Source: an uncultured Pseudomonadales bacterium (GTDB taxonomy: Bacteria; Patescibacteriota; Microgenomatia; UBA1400; UBA1396). Taken from it: DNA of 64,000 bases. The stretch is taken from the NCBI GenBank assembly GCA_964511175.1, contig CAZEEI010000003.1:77716-141715 (forward strand), given 5' to 3'. Below the pieces are notes generated by a model that saw nothing but the letters and a program-made list of their open reading frames with translations, ran no database searches and had not been told where the DNA came from. The translations under genes were made by a program, and so were the position numbers. Every line of letters begins with the position of its first letter. Within the stretch, counting starts at the first letter, position 1. Shown here in pieces: positions 26,828 through 36,460 of the stretch.

Positions 26828-28465
26828 ATGTCATTATTTAAGTCTTTTTCACAAGCTTTTCGCACCAAGGGTGCCGTTGGTCAGGCCAAGCGGCCGGCTG
26901 GAGCGCCCAAAGCGCCGCCCTCTTCTTATCTGCGTCCCAACAAACGCCGGAATAAGGATCAACGGTTGCCAGCCTCCGGCGCCGCTGTGTCAGTACCAGC
27001 TAATCAGGCTGCTCAGGTAATTCAACCAGTAATGCCGCCATCCGCGGCGGTGATAGCGGCGGAAGACAAATTGCGGGCGGCAGAAGCGCGGGCGCGTGAA
27101 GTACTGATTGAGGCCAAATCGGAAGCCTTGCATATTCGGGAGAAAGCCGAACAAGATGCTCACCAGCTGCAAACCGCTTTAGTCGAACAGCAAAAATCGT
27201 TGGATCACCAGCTTTCTAATCTCAACCAGCGTCTGGAACAGATTGATAAGCGGGAAGAGCTAGTCGACAATAAATTAGAGTCGCTGGATAAACAGAAGCG
27301 CGAGTTGGTTGAAAAACAAGAAGACCTAATCAATGAACTAGAGCAGGTCAGCGGCTTAACCCGCGACCAGGCTAAACAAGAGATTCTGGCCCGACTTGAG
27401 CGTGCCGTGGATCGGCAAGCGGCCCAGTTGATTCAGCAAAAATTGACGCTGGCTCAAGAAGAAGCCGACCTAAAGGCTAAAGAACTTTTGGTGGATGCCA
27501 TGAAGCATGGCGCTACGGACTACGTTTCGGAATACACTATTTCGGCGGTCAAGCTGGCGGATGCGGAAATGAAGGGTCGCATCATCGGCAAGGACGGACG
27601 CAACATCCGTGCCTTTGAACGGGTTACCGGCGTCGACGTAGATTTGGATGAAACGCCGGACGAAGTACGTCTATCCTCATTTGACCCGGTGCGGCGCGAG
27701 ATTGCCCGCGTAGCCTTGGAGCGATTGCTTAAAGATGGCCGGATTCAGCCGTCGCGGATTGAAGAAGTGGTCGCCAAAGTGGCCACGGAAATCAATAAGC
27801 TGATGTTTGAAGAAGGCAAAAAGCTTTGTCATAAAGTGGGCATCTATAATTTGCCGCACGACATTATCAACTTGTTGGGCCGGTTTAAGTACCGCTTCTC
27901 TTATGGCCAGAACCTGATTCAGCACACGCTGGAAGAAACACAAATCGGGATCAAAATGGCCAACGAGCTAGGTTTGGACGTACGGATTGTGACCATGGGC
28001 TGTTTACTTCACGATATCGGCAAAATTGTCGAAGGCGAAGGCAACCATATTGAGCTTGGTGTCCAGTTACTTAAGCAATACAGTATCGATCCGCTGGTAA
28101 TCGATTGTGTCGCTCAGCATCATGAGGACCAACCGTTTACGTCGCTAGAATCTTATTTGGTTTACATTGCCGATGCTATTTCCGGTTCACGGCCGGGTGC
28201 TCGGAGTGAGAACCATGAGGAATACGTCAAGCGTTTGACCAAATTGGAAGAAATTGCCGACTCTTACGAAGGTGTGCAGAAGTCTTTTGCAATTCAGGCC
28301 GGCCGGGAAGTACGTGTGTTGCTGATCCCAGATAAATCGAGTGACCGCGACGCCACTGTTTTGGCCCAAAAGATTGCCGAACGCTACGAACAGGAAATGA
28401 CTTATCCCGGCACAATTACCGTAACCGTGATCCGCGAAGTGCGTGGCAATGCGGTAGCAAAATAG
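26828..28465 (+). CDS. rny: ribonuclease Y
   Basis: Long N-terminal coiled coil, a KH domain (IIGKDGRNIRAFE) and an HD domain (LLHDIGK...HHE), the diagnostic RNase Y architecture. Confidence 0.85.
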   Translation: MSLFKSFSQAFRTKGAVGQAKRPAGAPKAPPSSYLRPNKRRNKDQRLPASGAAVSVPANQAAQVIQPVMPPSAAVIAAEDKLRAAEARAREVLIEAKSEALHIREKAEQDAHQLQTALVEQQKSLDHQLSNLNQRLEQIDKREELVDNKLESLDKQKRELVEKQEDLINELEQVSGLTRDQAKQEILARLERAVDRQAAQLIQQKLTLAQEEADLKAKELLVDAMKHGATDYVSEYTISAVKLADAEMKGRIIGKDGRNIRAFERVTGVDVDLDETPDEVRLSSFDPVRREIARVALERLLKDGRIQPSRIEEVVAKVATEINKLMFEEGKKLCHKVGIYNLPHDIINLLGRFKYRFSYGQNLIQHTLEETQIGIKMANELGLDVRIVTMGCLLHDIGKIVEGEGNHIELGVQLLKQYSIDPLVIDCVAQHHEDQPFTSLESYLVYIADAISGSRPGARSENHEEYVKRLTKLEEIADSYEGVQKSFAIQAGREVRVLLIPDKSSDRDATVLAQKIAERYEQEMTYPGTITVTVIREVRGNAVAK

Positions 28466-28537
28466 GGCTGGCAAAAACAAAAAAGATGGGTACAATAGGG
28501 GTCTCTGCCCTATGAATCTATATAAAGGAGAATTGCT

Positions 28538-28813
28538 ATGACCAAGTCACAGCTGATCGCGGTAGTCGCGAAGAAAGCCAACCTAACTCAAAAAGCCGCC
28601 ATGGAAGCAGTGGAAGCTTTCCTTGAGGAAACCTCCCGCGCTTTAGCCAAAGGCGATAAAGTGCTTTGGTCTGGTTTTGGTACTTTCGACGTCCGCAAAG
28701 TTGCCGACAAGCGTGTAGTGCCGTTTGGCCGCACCGAACTTACCCGCGTGATTAAGAGTCACCGCGTGGTGAACTTCAAGGCGGGCAAACCTCTGAAGGA
28801 AGTAATCAAATAA
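28538..28813 (+). CDS. hup: HU-family DNA-binding protein
   Basis: MTKSQLIAVVAKKANLTQKAAMEAVEAFLEE..., a 91-aa HU/IHF fold signature with the arm region RVVPFGRTEL. Confidence 0.9.
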   Translation: MTKSQLIAVVAKKANLTQKAAMEAVEAFLEETSRALAKGDKVLWSGFGTFDVRKVADKRVVPFGRTELTRVIKSHRVVNFKAGKPLKEVIK

Positions 28814-28819
28814 ATTGAT

Positions 28820-28876
28820 TTTTAGATCCGCCGACTCTCTTTGTTAAGAGGAGAGTGGGCGGATTTTGTTTATGAT
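28820..28876 (+). terminator. rho-independent terminator after hup (nested hairpin ATCCGCC...GGCGGAT + TTTGTTT)
   Basis: Inverted repeat with inner stem ACTCTC/GAGAGT and a following T-tract. Confidence 0.55.
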
Positions 28877-28901
28877 ATGCTGATAAAAAGGGGCAAAGTG
28901 T

Positions 28902-29147
28902 ATGGTAACTTCACGTAAGCAGGAAACAGAAGATGACTGGGAAATTACGCCAGAAATCCGGGAGAGAACAAAAAGAGGGAGTGAACGAGCCAGACTTAGG
29001 CGGGAAAAATTGCTGAACACTACAGCACCGTGTGACGTTTGTGGTGCAATAGGAAAATTTGTAAGATATGCCGGTCATCCCGCACGCCCGGCTAAGCTCT
29101 TTCGATGTGACAATAACCATGAGTTTTATGTTGTTGCTGGACGCTAA
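28902..29147 (+). CDS. small putative zinc-ribbon protein (81 aa)
   Basis: CDVCG...C..NH pattern. Lies at the edge of the AT-rich island. Confidence 0.35.
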   Translation: MVTSRKQETEDDWEITPEIRERTKRGSERARLRREKLLNTTAPCDVCGAIGKFVRYAGHPARPAKLFRCDNNHEFYVVAGR

Positions 29148-29149
29148 AC

Positions 29150-29907
29150 TTATTCGTTAGTGTTGACTGAGGAAATAAATTCAACAAGTGACTGATTTAT
29201 CCCAGTAGGTATTGCAAAGTCTGCTCCAGGTATTGAAGTTTTTCTCTTCAGTACTATTAATTGAGCTGATTGATATACAAAAATACTGGCTTGGACTTTT
29301 TGAAATTCTTCCGGTGAGACCAATGGTAATAGCTGATGAGTAAGTCGTATATCAGGTACTTCCCAACTGTCTTTTAATGCTAGTGGATTGTCAGCGAAAA
29401 CTTTATATTCTAATATCTCTAAAATATTCCGGGCTTGTTCTGGAGAATGCGGAAAAATGCGCAAAACCGATTCAACGTTTTGTTCTACCAAGAACTGAGA
29501 CCCATCATCTTTTTTCACAATCCCTGATCGCCGACTATCTTCTGGTAATTTCCAGTCCCCATGAATAAAGCGCGATGCCCTTAACCCTATTTTCAGATCC
29601 TCCTGATTAAGGGCAGCAGCTTCAACGAGTACTTTAACCAATTGAGCAGTATGCCCAGGGGTAGTAATCGAGTGTGAATAAAAGATAGCTGGTTTTTGCT
29701 AGCTAAATTCATGGTGTCTTGAGAAAGTATGAAATTGTAACCAGTAGCTTGTTCTGCCATAAGCAAGCGGTCACCAATTGTGGTTAAGTGTTCAAAGCCG
29801 TGGGTAAACTCATCAAAATATCGGCCATGCAATTCAGATAGTCGGACAATTTCACGCCGATAATGATCAGCGAAATAATGTGCTGGTAGGCGATCTTTTT
29901 TAATCAT
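29150..29907 (-). pseudogene. hypothetical gene split into two overlapping ORFs (29593..29907 and 29150..29641), a probable frameshift
   Basis: Two same-strand ORFs overlap by ~49 nt in different frames, around a T5 homopolymer near 29685. No recognised domain. Confidence 0.35.
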
Positions 29908-30073
29908 GGCGAACCGGATTCTAACACTGATATGGTGTAACTAACAAACTTGGGGGTGATCGAATATTAGCGTATCATTGAAGATGGATAAGACATTAAT
30001 ATGCGGCCTCGGCAATTATAAAATCAGTGGTTTGGTTATACCCGTGTTACACTAACTGCCAGAGGTTATTACC

Positions 30074-31459
30074 ATGGATAGTATGGGTTCTACTCAAACT
30101 GAAGAAATGCCGGTTTTAGGGGTGGAGTTATCTGATGATAAAACACTCCGTCCCGGAGAAGAAATTGCTCAGGCGATAGCGGCGTGTGCGCGTGACGGCA
30201 ATTACCAAGTGGCTATTGAGCTGTTTCGTAATTCCGAACTCGAACAGTTTCGCGAGAGCATGGAAAATGGTCAGCAAGCCCTAACGACTGCCGATTCGGA
30301 AGCTATTCGGCAGTACAATAGTGAGCTCGCGGAAAGCCAAAAAATACAAGGACTTACGTCGATTTTATTGGATGAGCAAAGACGTTTGTTAGCTGAGCGC
30401 GGTATACCAAAAGGTAAAAGTGAGGCGGAAATCGCTCATGTTCAAGAAATAGTTAATGTTTGTCGCGAATATCTGCCGGAATTGCCAGTTCTCCAGTTAA
30501 TTGCTGCCGTACATGATTTGGTCAAGCAGGTCAGTCCCGATTATATGGCTTTTGGGCTTCATGAAATTATGAGCGCTCAAAATGGTAGCCAACGCTTAAA
30601 GAATCTTTTGCGGAATAGTGGTGTCGCTCAGGAAGTAGCCGATGCGGTTGGCCGTTTGGCAGCGAATGCTATTTTTTTGCATGGCTGGCAGGAGTTTCCG
30701 CAAAATGTAGGCGGTCGGAAAAAGAACGAATTGATCAGAAACAGAAGAGATGGAGACAATTGGCTGTCCGAGGCCGATCCGGTTGCTCCGCTGGATACCG
30801 ATATAGTAGTAATTCCTTCTGCCGGTCCGGATAAGTTTCCGATTTTTGAACGAGTGGAAAACGCTATGGGCGCGTTAGAGCCGAAAGAAATGGCAGAGTC
30901 AGAGGAAGCGATGGCGGCGCGTTTTATGGTTGTTGCCATGAATGTGGTGGATAAGATGGTGGGCTCATCCAATGTTTCCCTGATCAAATATATTTATTTT
31001 TACAATAGAGAGGGTATTGTTAAAGCAAACTCAGCGGCTGATTTTATCGAAAACCATGTGCTAGCTAGCTTCATGAGTAATTTAGAGGGTGATGCGTTTG
31101 ATTGGCTACAAAAGTTTGTTAAAGACCATGCTAATGGTGCGCCCAACTCCCTGCAACGGCAATTAATGGTGCGAGGAGAAACTCTTTTAGCGGTGGTGGA
31201 AGGCCGGAAAAGAGAATATGTCCAAGTCAAGGAAGCTTTAACTGTTTTAAGGGAGGAACAATTAGAGCTGTCTGTCAATCTTGACGAACAAGTATTAATT
31301 TCCGAAATGTTGGGAGAATCCGATGCGCGGAAAAAGTTAATAATGGCCCACGAATTAGCCAAGCGCAACTCTGAGCCTTGGGTAACCGCAATTTTTCAAG
31401 AATTATCTAAAAAAATAATGAATAGTCTTTTTCAGATAAAATATCCTCATCCCGAGTGA
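30074..31459 (+). CDS. hypothetical protein (461 aa)
   Basis: Long ORF in the AT-rich island. Its stop lies 4 nt before the left copy of the IS target-site duplication. No motif recognised. Confidence 0.45.
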   Translation: MDSMGSTQTEEMPVLGVELSDDKTLRPGEEIAQAIAACARDGNYQVAIELFRNSELEQFRESMENGQQALTTADSEAIRQYNSELAESQKIQGLTSILLDEQRRLLAERGIPKGKSEAEIAHVQEIVNVCREYLPELPVLQLIAAVHDLVKQVSPDYMAFGLHEIMSAQNGSQRLKNLLRNSGVAQEVADAVGRLAANAIFLHGWQEFPQNVGGRKKNELIRNRRDGDNWLSEADPVAPLDTDIVVIPSAGPDKFPIFERVENAMGALEPKEMAESEEAMAARFMVVAMNVVDKMVGSSNVSLIKYIYFYNREGIVKANSAADFIENHVLASFMSNLEGDAFDWLQKFVKDHANGAPNSLQRQLMVRGETLLAVVEGRKREYVQVKEALTVLREEQLELSVNLDEQVLISEMLGESDARKKLIMAHELAKRNSEPWVTAIFQELSKKIMNSLFQIKYPHPE

Positions 31460-31472
31460 AATAAGTGCGGTG

Positions 31473-32630
31473 GAGACCGTTAGATTTTGGTCTCGTTTTT
31501 AAGCTAGTTTTGTTTTATCCCATCACCTAAATTGTTCCTTTCACTAGGTGGATGTACTTTATTGGGATGAAAAGTCCTAAATGTATTCACTGCCAAAATC
31601 CTAAAACACAGCGTCGGGGAAGAAGGCGAGGGAAAGAGAAATATTTCTGTCCAAGTTTCAGCCGATGGTTTCAGATAAACAGATTAGCTAGTCCAGATAA
31701 AAAAAGAATGCTTTTGGAACACTTAGATGGAAGTTCTTTTAGGACGCTAGCCAATAGATACAATATTTCCGTCTTTACAGCACATAACTGGTGCCAACAG
31801 GAGCTTGAGAAACTCCCTCACTGTGCTGATATCACCAGGCAGTATTGTAACCGTTTTTGCGGCTTTCTGCTAACGGATGGTAAGTTTGTCAAAGTGAAAG
31901 GTTATGAGCGGAAAATACCGGTAATCTATAGTATTGATTACCTCACTCACGACATCCCAACTTACTTACTAGCAGAAAGCGAAAGTTACCAAGCATGCCA
32001 GAAGCTATTTACCTCGCTAAGACTACTCAACTATCCTTTGGCTGGATTAGTAAGTGATGATAACCGCAATATTTATGAGGCTTGTGAGGCAGTTTATCCG
32101 GAAGTGGTATACCAATTGTGTTTAAACCACTACAAAGAAAACATTCGCCAAATTTTACAGGTTAGACAGGAAACAACGCCAGATTTATACAGGGTGTTTA
32201 TGAAAGCTTTAGAGCATTTGTTTTCCAAGAAGCGATCGCCGCAAGAACTAGAAGTTATTGCCAGAAGAATGGTTGATAAGTTTGGGCAGGAGCCCCAATT
32301 GTTAGCCGTCTTACTAGATCTACAGAAAAGATCCAAACAGTTATTTGCCTACCAAAATCTCAAAGGTCTACCTACTACCAATAATCTGATTGAGTCCTAC
32401 AACTCTCATCTCCAGGGCAGACTGGAAGCCATTAAAGGTTTTGAATCCTTTCACCATGCTAATCTCTGGCTTAATGGCTATTTCCTAAGAAGGAGAACCA
32501 AACCCTTCACTGACTGCATTAGAAGATTTAACTACCTAAACGGCAAAATATCGCTGTCCCAAACCCTAAAGCAAGACTCAGCAACACCAACCTTTTTCTA
32601 GGAAAAACGAGACCGTTTTCTAACGGTTGC
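31473..32630 (+). mobile_element. insertion sequence (~1158 bp) with 28-bp imperfect terminal inverted repeats and a 9-bp target-site duplication AGTGCGGTG
   Basis: Left end GAGACCGTTAGATTTTGGTCTCGTTTTT. The reverse complement of the right end is GCAACCGTTAGAAAACGGTCTCGTTTTT (22/28 identical). AGTGCGGTG is present at 31464-31472 and 32631-32639. The right copy belongs to the 3' end of tRNA-Met. Confidence 0.6.
31552..32601 (+). CDS. IS transposase with an N-terminal zinc-finger (IS1/IS1595-like, family uncertain)
   Basis: C..C...(K/R-rich)...C zinc-ribbon N-terminus followed by a D...D...(N/H)...E-type core (LLTDGKF, VSDDN, LCLNHYKEN). The single ORF fills the IR-bounded element. Confidence 0.55.
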   Translation: MYFIGMKSPKCIHCQNPKTQRRGRRRGKEKYFCPSFSRWFQINRLASPDKKRMLLEHLDGSSFRTLANRYNISVFTAHNWCQQELEKLPHCADITRQYCNRFCGFLLTDGKFVKVKGYERKIPVIYSIDYLTHDIPTYLLAESESYQACQKLFTSLRLLNYPLAGLVSDDNRNIYEACEAVYPEVVYQLCLNHYKENIRQILQVRQETTPDLYRVFMKALEHLFSKKRSPQELEVIARRMVDKFGQEPQLLAVLLDLQKRSKQLFAYQNLKGLPTTNNLIESYNSHLQGRLEAIKGFESFHHANLWLNGYFLRRRTKPFTDCIRRFNYLNGKISLSQTLKQDSATPTFF

Positions 32631-32637
32631 AGTGCGG

Positions 32638-32711
32638 TGTCAAGGGTGGGAGTCGAACCCACGACCTGCGGTTTATGAATCCGCCGCTCTAACCAACTGA
32701 GCTACCCTGAC
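32638..32711 (-). tRNA. tRNA-Met (anticodon CAU), elongator-type, 3' CCA not fully encoded
   Basis: Manual fold gives acceptor GTCAGGG/CCTTGAC (G1-C72), D-arm GCTCAGTTGGTTAGAGC, anticodon loop TT-CAT-AA and T-arm GTGGGTTCGACTCCCAC. Confidence 0.8.
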
Positions 32712-32737
32712 GCGGGGTACGTGTATTATATCAGGCT

Positions 32738-32813
32738 GAGGGTGTAACCCTTCAGGCGTAGATAAACTTAGGGTTACACCTTAAACCTTTTTACGCCTGA
32801 AGGGTTACACCCT
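32738..32813. repeat. palindromic intergenic element, copy 2
   Basis: GAGGGTGTAACCCTTCAGGCGTAGATAAACTTAGGGTTACACCTTAAACCTTTTTACGCCTGAAGGGTTACACCCT is >90% identical to 22376-22450, between tRNA-Met and rpsO. Confidence 0.7.
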
Positions 32814-32887
32814 GTGCTATAATACCCACCAGAAACAACTTTACCATCTGGCGTGCGGACGCGGGATGGCCAAAGGAGGATACAACT

Positions 32888-33157
32888 ATGGCTTTAGATC
32901 CGCAAATCAAAGCACAAATTATTAAAGATTACGCCCAGGGTGACGGTGATACCGGTTCTCCTGAGGTGCAAGTGGCTTTATTGACCTCGCAAATCACTTC
33001 GTTGACCGGTCACTTAAAGACTCATAAGAAAGATAACCACTCGCGTAAAGGATTGCTGAAAATGGTGGCTAAACGCCGCCGGTTGCTTAATTTCCTGCAG
33101 AGGAAAGATGAAGCACGCTACCGCAAGCTGATCGAGCGGCTGAATTTGACCAAATAA
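32888..33157 (+). CDS. rpsO: 30S ribosomal protein S15
   Basis: 89 aa with ...[38 protein letters not shown], the canonical S15. Strong RBS AAAGGAGGA. Confidence 0.95.
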   Translation: MALDPQIKAQIIKDYAQGDGDTGSPEVQVALLTSQITSLTGHLKTHKKDNHSRKGLLKMVAKRRRLLNFLQRKDEARYRKLIERLNLTK

Positions 33158-33300
33158 GTTGGTAGAATAAATAAAAATGGGGTAAACCCCCCAAGAAAGG
33201 CAAGGGCCAACGGCTCCGCCGAGTTTTCTCAGGTACTCACAGCTAGGCTAGTGAAGTGAGTAGGTGCGAGAACTTGTGCTCCGTTTCCCTTGAAGACAAT

Positions 33301-35553
33301 ATGTCAGAAATTTATACCCGGACCCTCCAGGTGGGCGACAAGTCCATCAAACTGGAAGTGGGTCGTTTTTCCGAGCAGGCGGAAGCCGCTGTCTTGGCGA
33401 CTTGCGGTGGCACGGTAGTGCACGCTACGGTGGCCCTAGGTGGTGAATCCAATCTTGGTTACTTCCCGCTTTCGGTTGAGTATGTTGGCAAATTATTTGC
33501 TGGTGGCCGCATTAAAGGTAGCCGTTGGGTGAAGCGCGAAGGTCGTCCAACTGACGACGCCATTCTCGCTGGTCGCGTGATTGATCGCTGCATCCGACCA
33601 CTTTTTACGGAGGGATTTAAGCGTGACGTGCAGGTGGTGACGACAGTGCTTTCCGTTGACCTAGTGAATGATCCGGATATGGTGGCTCTACTGGCCGCTG
33701 GTGCTGCCGTGGAAATTTCTTCCATTCCGTTTGATGGGCCGATTGCTGGTTTGCGCGTTGGTTACTTGGCGGACGAAGATCGTTTTATCTTCAACCCGAC
33801 TCATGAGGAACAGGACAAATCCCAACTTGACTTAATCTTGGCTGGTACCCAGGACGCGATCGTGATGGTTGAGGCTGGTGCCAACGAAGTTACGGAAGCA
33901 GTGATGCTTCGCGCCTTCGAGGAAGGTCAAGCCGTGATTGCTCAACTGGCCGCCGAATTGGGTCAGATGCGCAGTGAAATCGGCAAGCCGAAGTTTGAGT
34001 TTGTGGCTCCCCACTTTGATGAAGAACTTCTCACTAAGCTGTCGACTCGCTTTGGTGAGCAGATTAAAGAGGCCGTGCGTCGCCGCGCTGCTTTGGAAAA
34101 GGACGATGGCCTGAAAGCGATTGTCACTCAACTAATCGAAGAGGACGAAACTCTCAAGGATCAGCCGTTGTACGATATGCTCAACAAGCTCGCTAAGAAG
34201 GAAGCCCGTCGTGGCACTCTGGAAGAAGGTATCCGTCCCGATGGCCGCAAACCTGACGAAATCCGAGCAATTACTTGTGAGATTGACGTTTTACCAATGA
34301 CTCACGGTTCAGCGATGTTTAAACGCGGTTCTACTCAAGTTTTGAGTGTGGTCACGTTGGGTTCGCCAGCCTTGGCCCAGTTGATTGAGGACATGGAGGG
34401 CGAAGAAGAACGCCACTATATCCATCACTACAACATGCCGCCGTTTGCTTCCGGTGAGGCTGGTCGTTTGGGTTCACCCAAGCGCCGCGAAGTTGGTCAT
34501 GGGGCGCTCGCGGAGCGGGCTCTCAAACCAATGATTCCCCCGCAGACCGAGTTTCCTTACACCATCCAGGTTGTTTCGGAAGTGATGAGCTCTAACGGTT
34601 CTACTTCTCAGGCTTCGGTGTGTGGTTCTACCCTGTCGCTAATGGCCGCTGGCGTGCCAATCCGCAAGCCGGTATCCGGTATCGCGATGGGCTTACTCAA
34701 GGAAGACGACCAAATTGTGGTCTTGTCTGACATCCAAGGTTTGGAAGACTTCACTGGCGACATGGACTTCAAAGTAGCCGGTACCACCGATGGTATTACT
34801 GCTATGCAGATGGACATCAAGATCAAGGGTATTCCCATGGCCGTGATGCACCAAGCTTTGGAACAAGCCCGGGTTGGCCGGCTGTTTATCCTAGACAAGA
34901 TGTTGGCGACCATTGCTCAACCGCGTCCGGAGTTAGCACCCAACGCTCCTAAAGTGGAAAGTGTGATGATCCCGATCAGCCGAATCGGTGAGTTGATTGG
35001 TCCTGGTGGCAAAACCATTAAGGCCATCAAGGAACGCACCGGCGCCGATATCGATGTTAATGACGACGGTATGGTCAGTGTCAGTTCGCCCGATGCTCAA
35101 GCTATCAAAGACACGGTCAAGATTATCCAAGACATGATGCTGGAAATTGTGCCTGGCATGGAGTTTGACGGCAAAGTAACCCGAATTGAGGATTACGGCG
35201 CTTTTGTCGAACTAGTGCCTGGCCAGACTGGTTTGGCGCATGTTTCCATGATGGCGACTGGCTACGTTAAGAATCCGCGCGAGATTGTCGCTTTGGACGA
35301 TATCGTGCATGTTCGCGTCGCCGATGTGGATGGTGACCGAATTCGTTTGAGTTTCTTAACCGCCGAACAAGAAGCGGAAGCCGCCGCCAATCGCCCGCTA
35401 CGCGAACCGCGTGAAGGTGGGGATCGTGGTGGACGCAGCTTTGGTGGTCGCGATCGCGGTGGACGCGGTGGTGGCCGCTTTGGCGGTCGGGGTGGTGATC
35501 GGGGCGGCAGCCGTTACGGCGGCCGGGACGATCGCGGCCCACGGCGCGACTAA
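33301..35553 (+). CDS. pnp: polynucleotide phosphorylase with Arg/Gly-rich C-terminal tail
   Basis: Two RNase PH domains (RPDGRKPDEIR, GSPKRREVGHGALAERAL), KH (IGPGGKTIKAIKE) and S1 (FDGKVTRIEDYGAFVEL) domains. The rpsO-pnp order is conserved. The C-terminal ~55 aa are RGG/GGR repeats. Confidence 0.9.
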   Translation: MSEIYTRTLQVGDKSIKLEVGRFSEQAEAAVLATCGGTVVHATVALGGESNLGYFPLSVEYVGKLFAGGRIKGSRWVKREGRPTDDAILAGRVIDRCIRPLFTEGFKRDVQVVTTVLSVDLVNDPDMVALLAAGAAVEISSIPFDGPIAGLRVGYLADEDRFIFNPTHEEQDKSQLDLILAGTQDAIVMVEAGANEVTEAVMLRAFEEGQAVIAQLAAELGQMRSEIGKPKFEFVAPHFDEELLTKLSTRFGEQIKEAVRRRAALEKDDGLKAIVTQLIEEDETLKDQPLYDMLNKLAKKEARRGTLEEGIRPDGRKPDEIRAITCEIDVLPMTHGSAMFKRGSTQVLSVVTLGSPALAQLIEDMEGEEERHYIHHYNMPPFASGEAGRLGSPKRREVGHGALAERALKPMIPPQTEFPYTIQVVSEVMSSNGSTSQASVCGSTLSLMAAGVPIRKPVSGIAMGLLKEDDQIVVLSDIQGLEDFTGDMDFKVAGTTDGITAMQMDIKIKGIPMAVMHQALEQARVGRLFILDKMLATIAQPRPELAPNAPKVESVMIPISRIGELIGPGGKTIKAIKERTGADIDVNDDGMVSVSSPDAQAIKDTVKIIQDMMLEIVPGMEFDGKVTRIEDYGAFVELVPGQTGLAHVSMMATGYVKNPREIVALDDIVHVRVADVDGDRIRLSFLTAEQEAEAAANRPLREPREGGDRGGRSFGGRDRGGRGGGRFGGRGGDRGGSRYGGRDDRGPRRD

Positions 35554-35578
35554 ACGCAAATAAATAGAAATTGACGAG

Positions 35579-35603
35579 AGCGGGCGGCAACGCCCGCTTT
35601 TGG
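35579..35603 (+). terminator. rho-independent terminator after pnp (GCGGGCG-GCAA-CGCCCGC + TTTTGG)
   Basis: Perfect 7-bp GC stem, tetraloop and T-tract, 26 nt after the pnp stop. Confidence 0.6.
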
Positions 35604-36039
35604 TAGGTGGCGACTGCTTGTGTCTGATGTAAATTTGGCTATAATTTGAGCAGGTTTAGGTAGTAAAGGGAAAGGATAGCATGAGCGGTACTTTGAGAGG
35701 AGATCTGGAAACTGGTTATGAGCATGGTCGTGTTCCAGGAGTGGAAAAGGATGAAGGGTACATAGTAGTTTTTAAGGATGGGCTTAGCTACACCGCGACG
35801 TATTTTAAATCAAGGGAAGCATTCCTCTAGAGCCAAAGCCAGTAAGGTGAAGTAGTGGCAGAAGGAGTAACTGTACAGGAAGCACAGTCTATGTGTGGTG
35901 ACGCGTTTATTGAAAATATAGGTTCTATTGCGGCAATGGTAGCCAAAATGACGCCTGAGCGACAAGAGCTTGAAGAGAGAAATATGGTTTTTGTGCTTCG
36001 GTCGCTGTTTGGTAAAAATTAACGAGAGGCAGAGACAAT

Positions 36040-36408
36040 ATGTCAGACAACCGCTTGACCCGAGAAATCCGAGGAGTGGCCGCTGCGCCGCAGGTGGAAA
36101 CGGAACCTCCCTTTCTCCAGAAGATTTGGGCGCTATATCTCCAGACCATAACTCATTATCTAATCAAAGAATTAGTGCCACTAGGATTGCAAAGTTGTGA
36201 TCAGCCATTGATTTGGAGTGAACAGACCCTGGCGGCTTCTACTCTCGTAGTTCCTTTAAGCGCCCCTTCAGAAGACGAGTTCGCTCATTGGTGGCTAGTG
36301 AGCCCCAATAGTGTCAACATTGATCTTAGCTCGCTGAGAGAAAAAGATCGTTTGGCTTTACATAGGTGGTTCCAGAAACATGCCCCCCAGCAAATTACCG
36401 AGACCTAA
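36040..36408 (+). CDS. hypothetical protein (122 aa)
   Basis: ORF upstream of the Lon-like ATPase. No motif. Confidence 0.35.
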   Translation: MSDNRLTREIRGVAAAPQVETEPPFLQKIWALYLQTITHYLIKELVPLGLQSCDQPLIWSEQTLAASTLVVPLSAPSEDEFAHWWLVSPNSVNIDLSSLREKDRLALHRWFQKHAPQQITET

Positions 36409-36460
36409 TCTTATTGACAGCCAATCGACAGATCCGTCTTAACTCGGTTATGATGAAGCT

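Noticed and set aside
33158-33300. Possible rpsO-pnp intergenic regulatory hairpin (GGGGTAAACCCC)
   Set aside because: Only a short stem with no following U-tract. I could not confirm an RNase III-type pnp leader structure by eye, so it is not reported as a feature.
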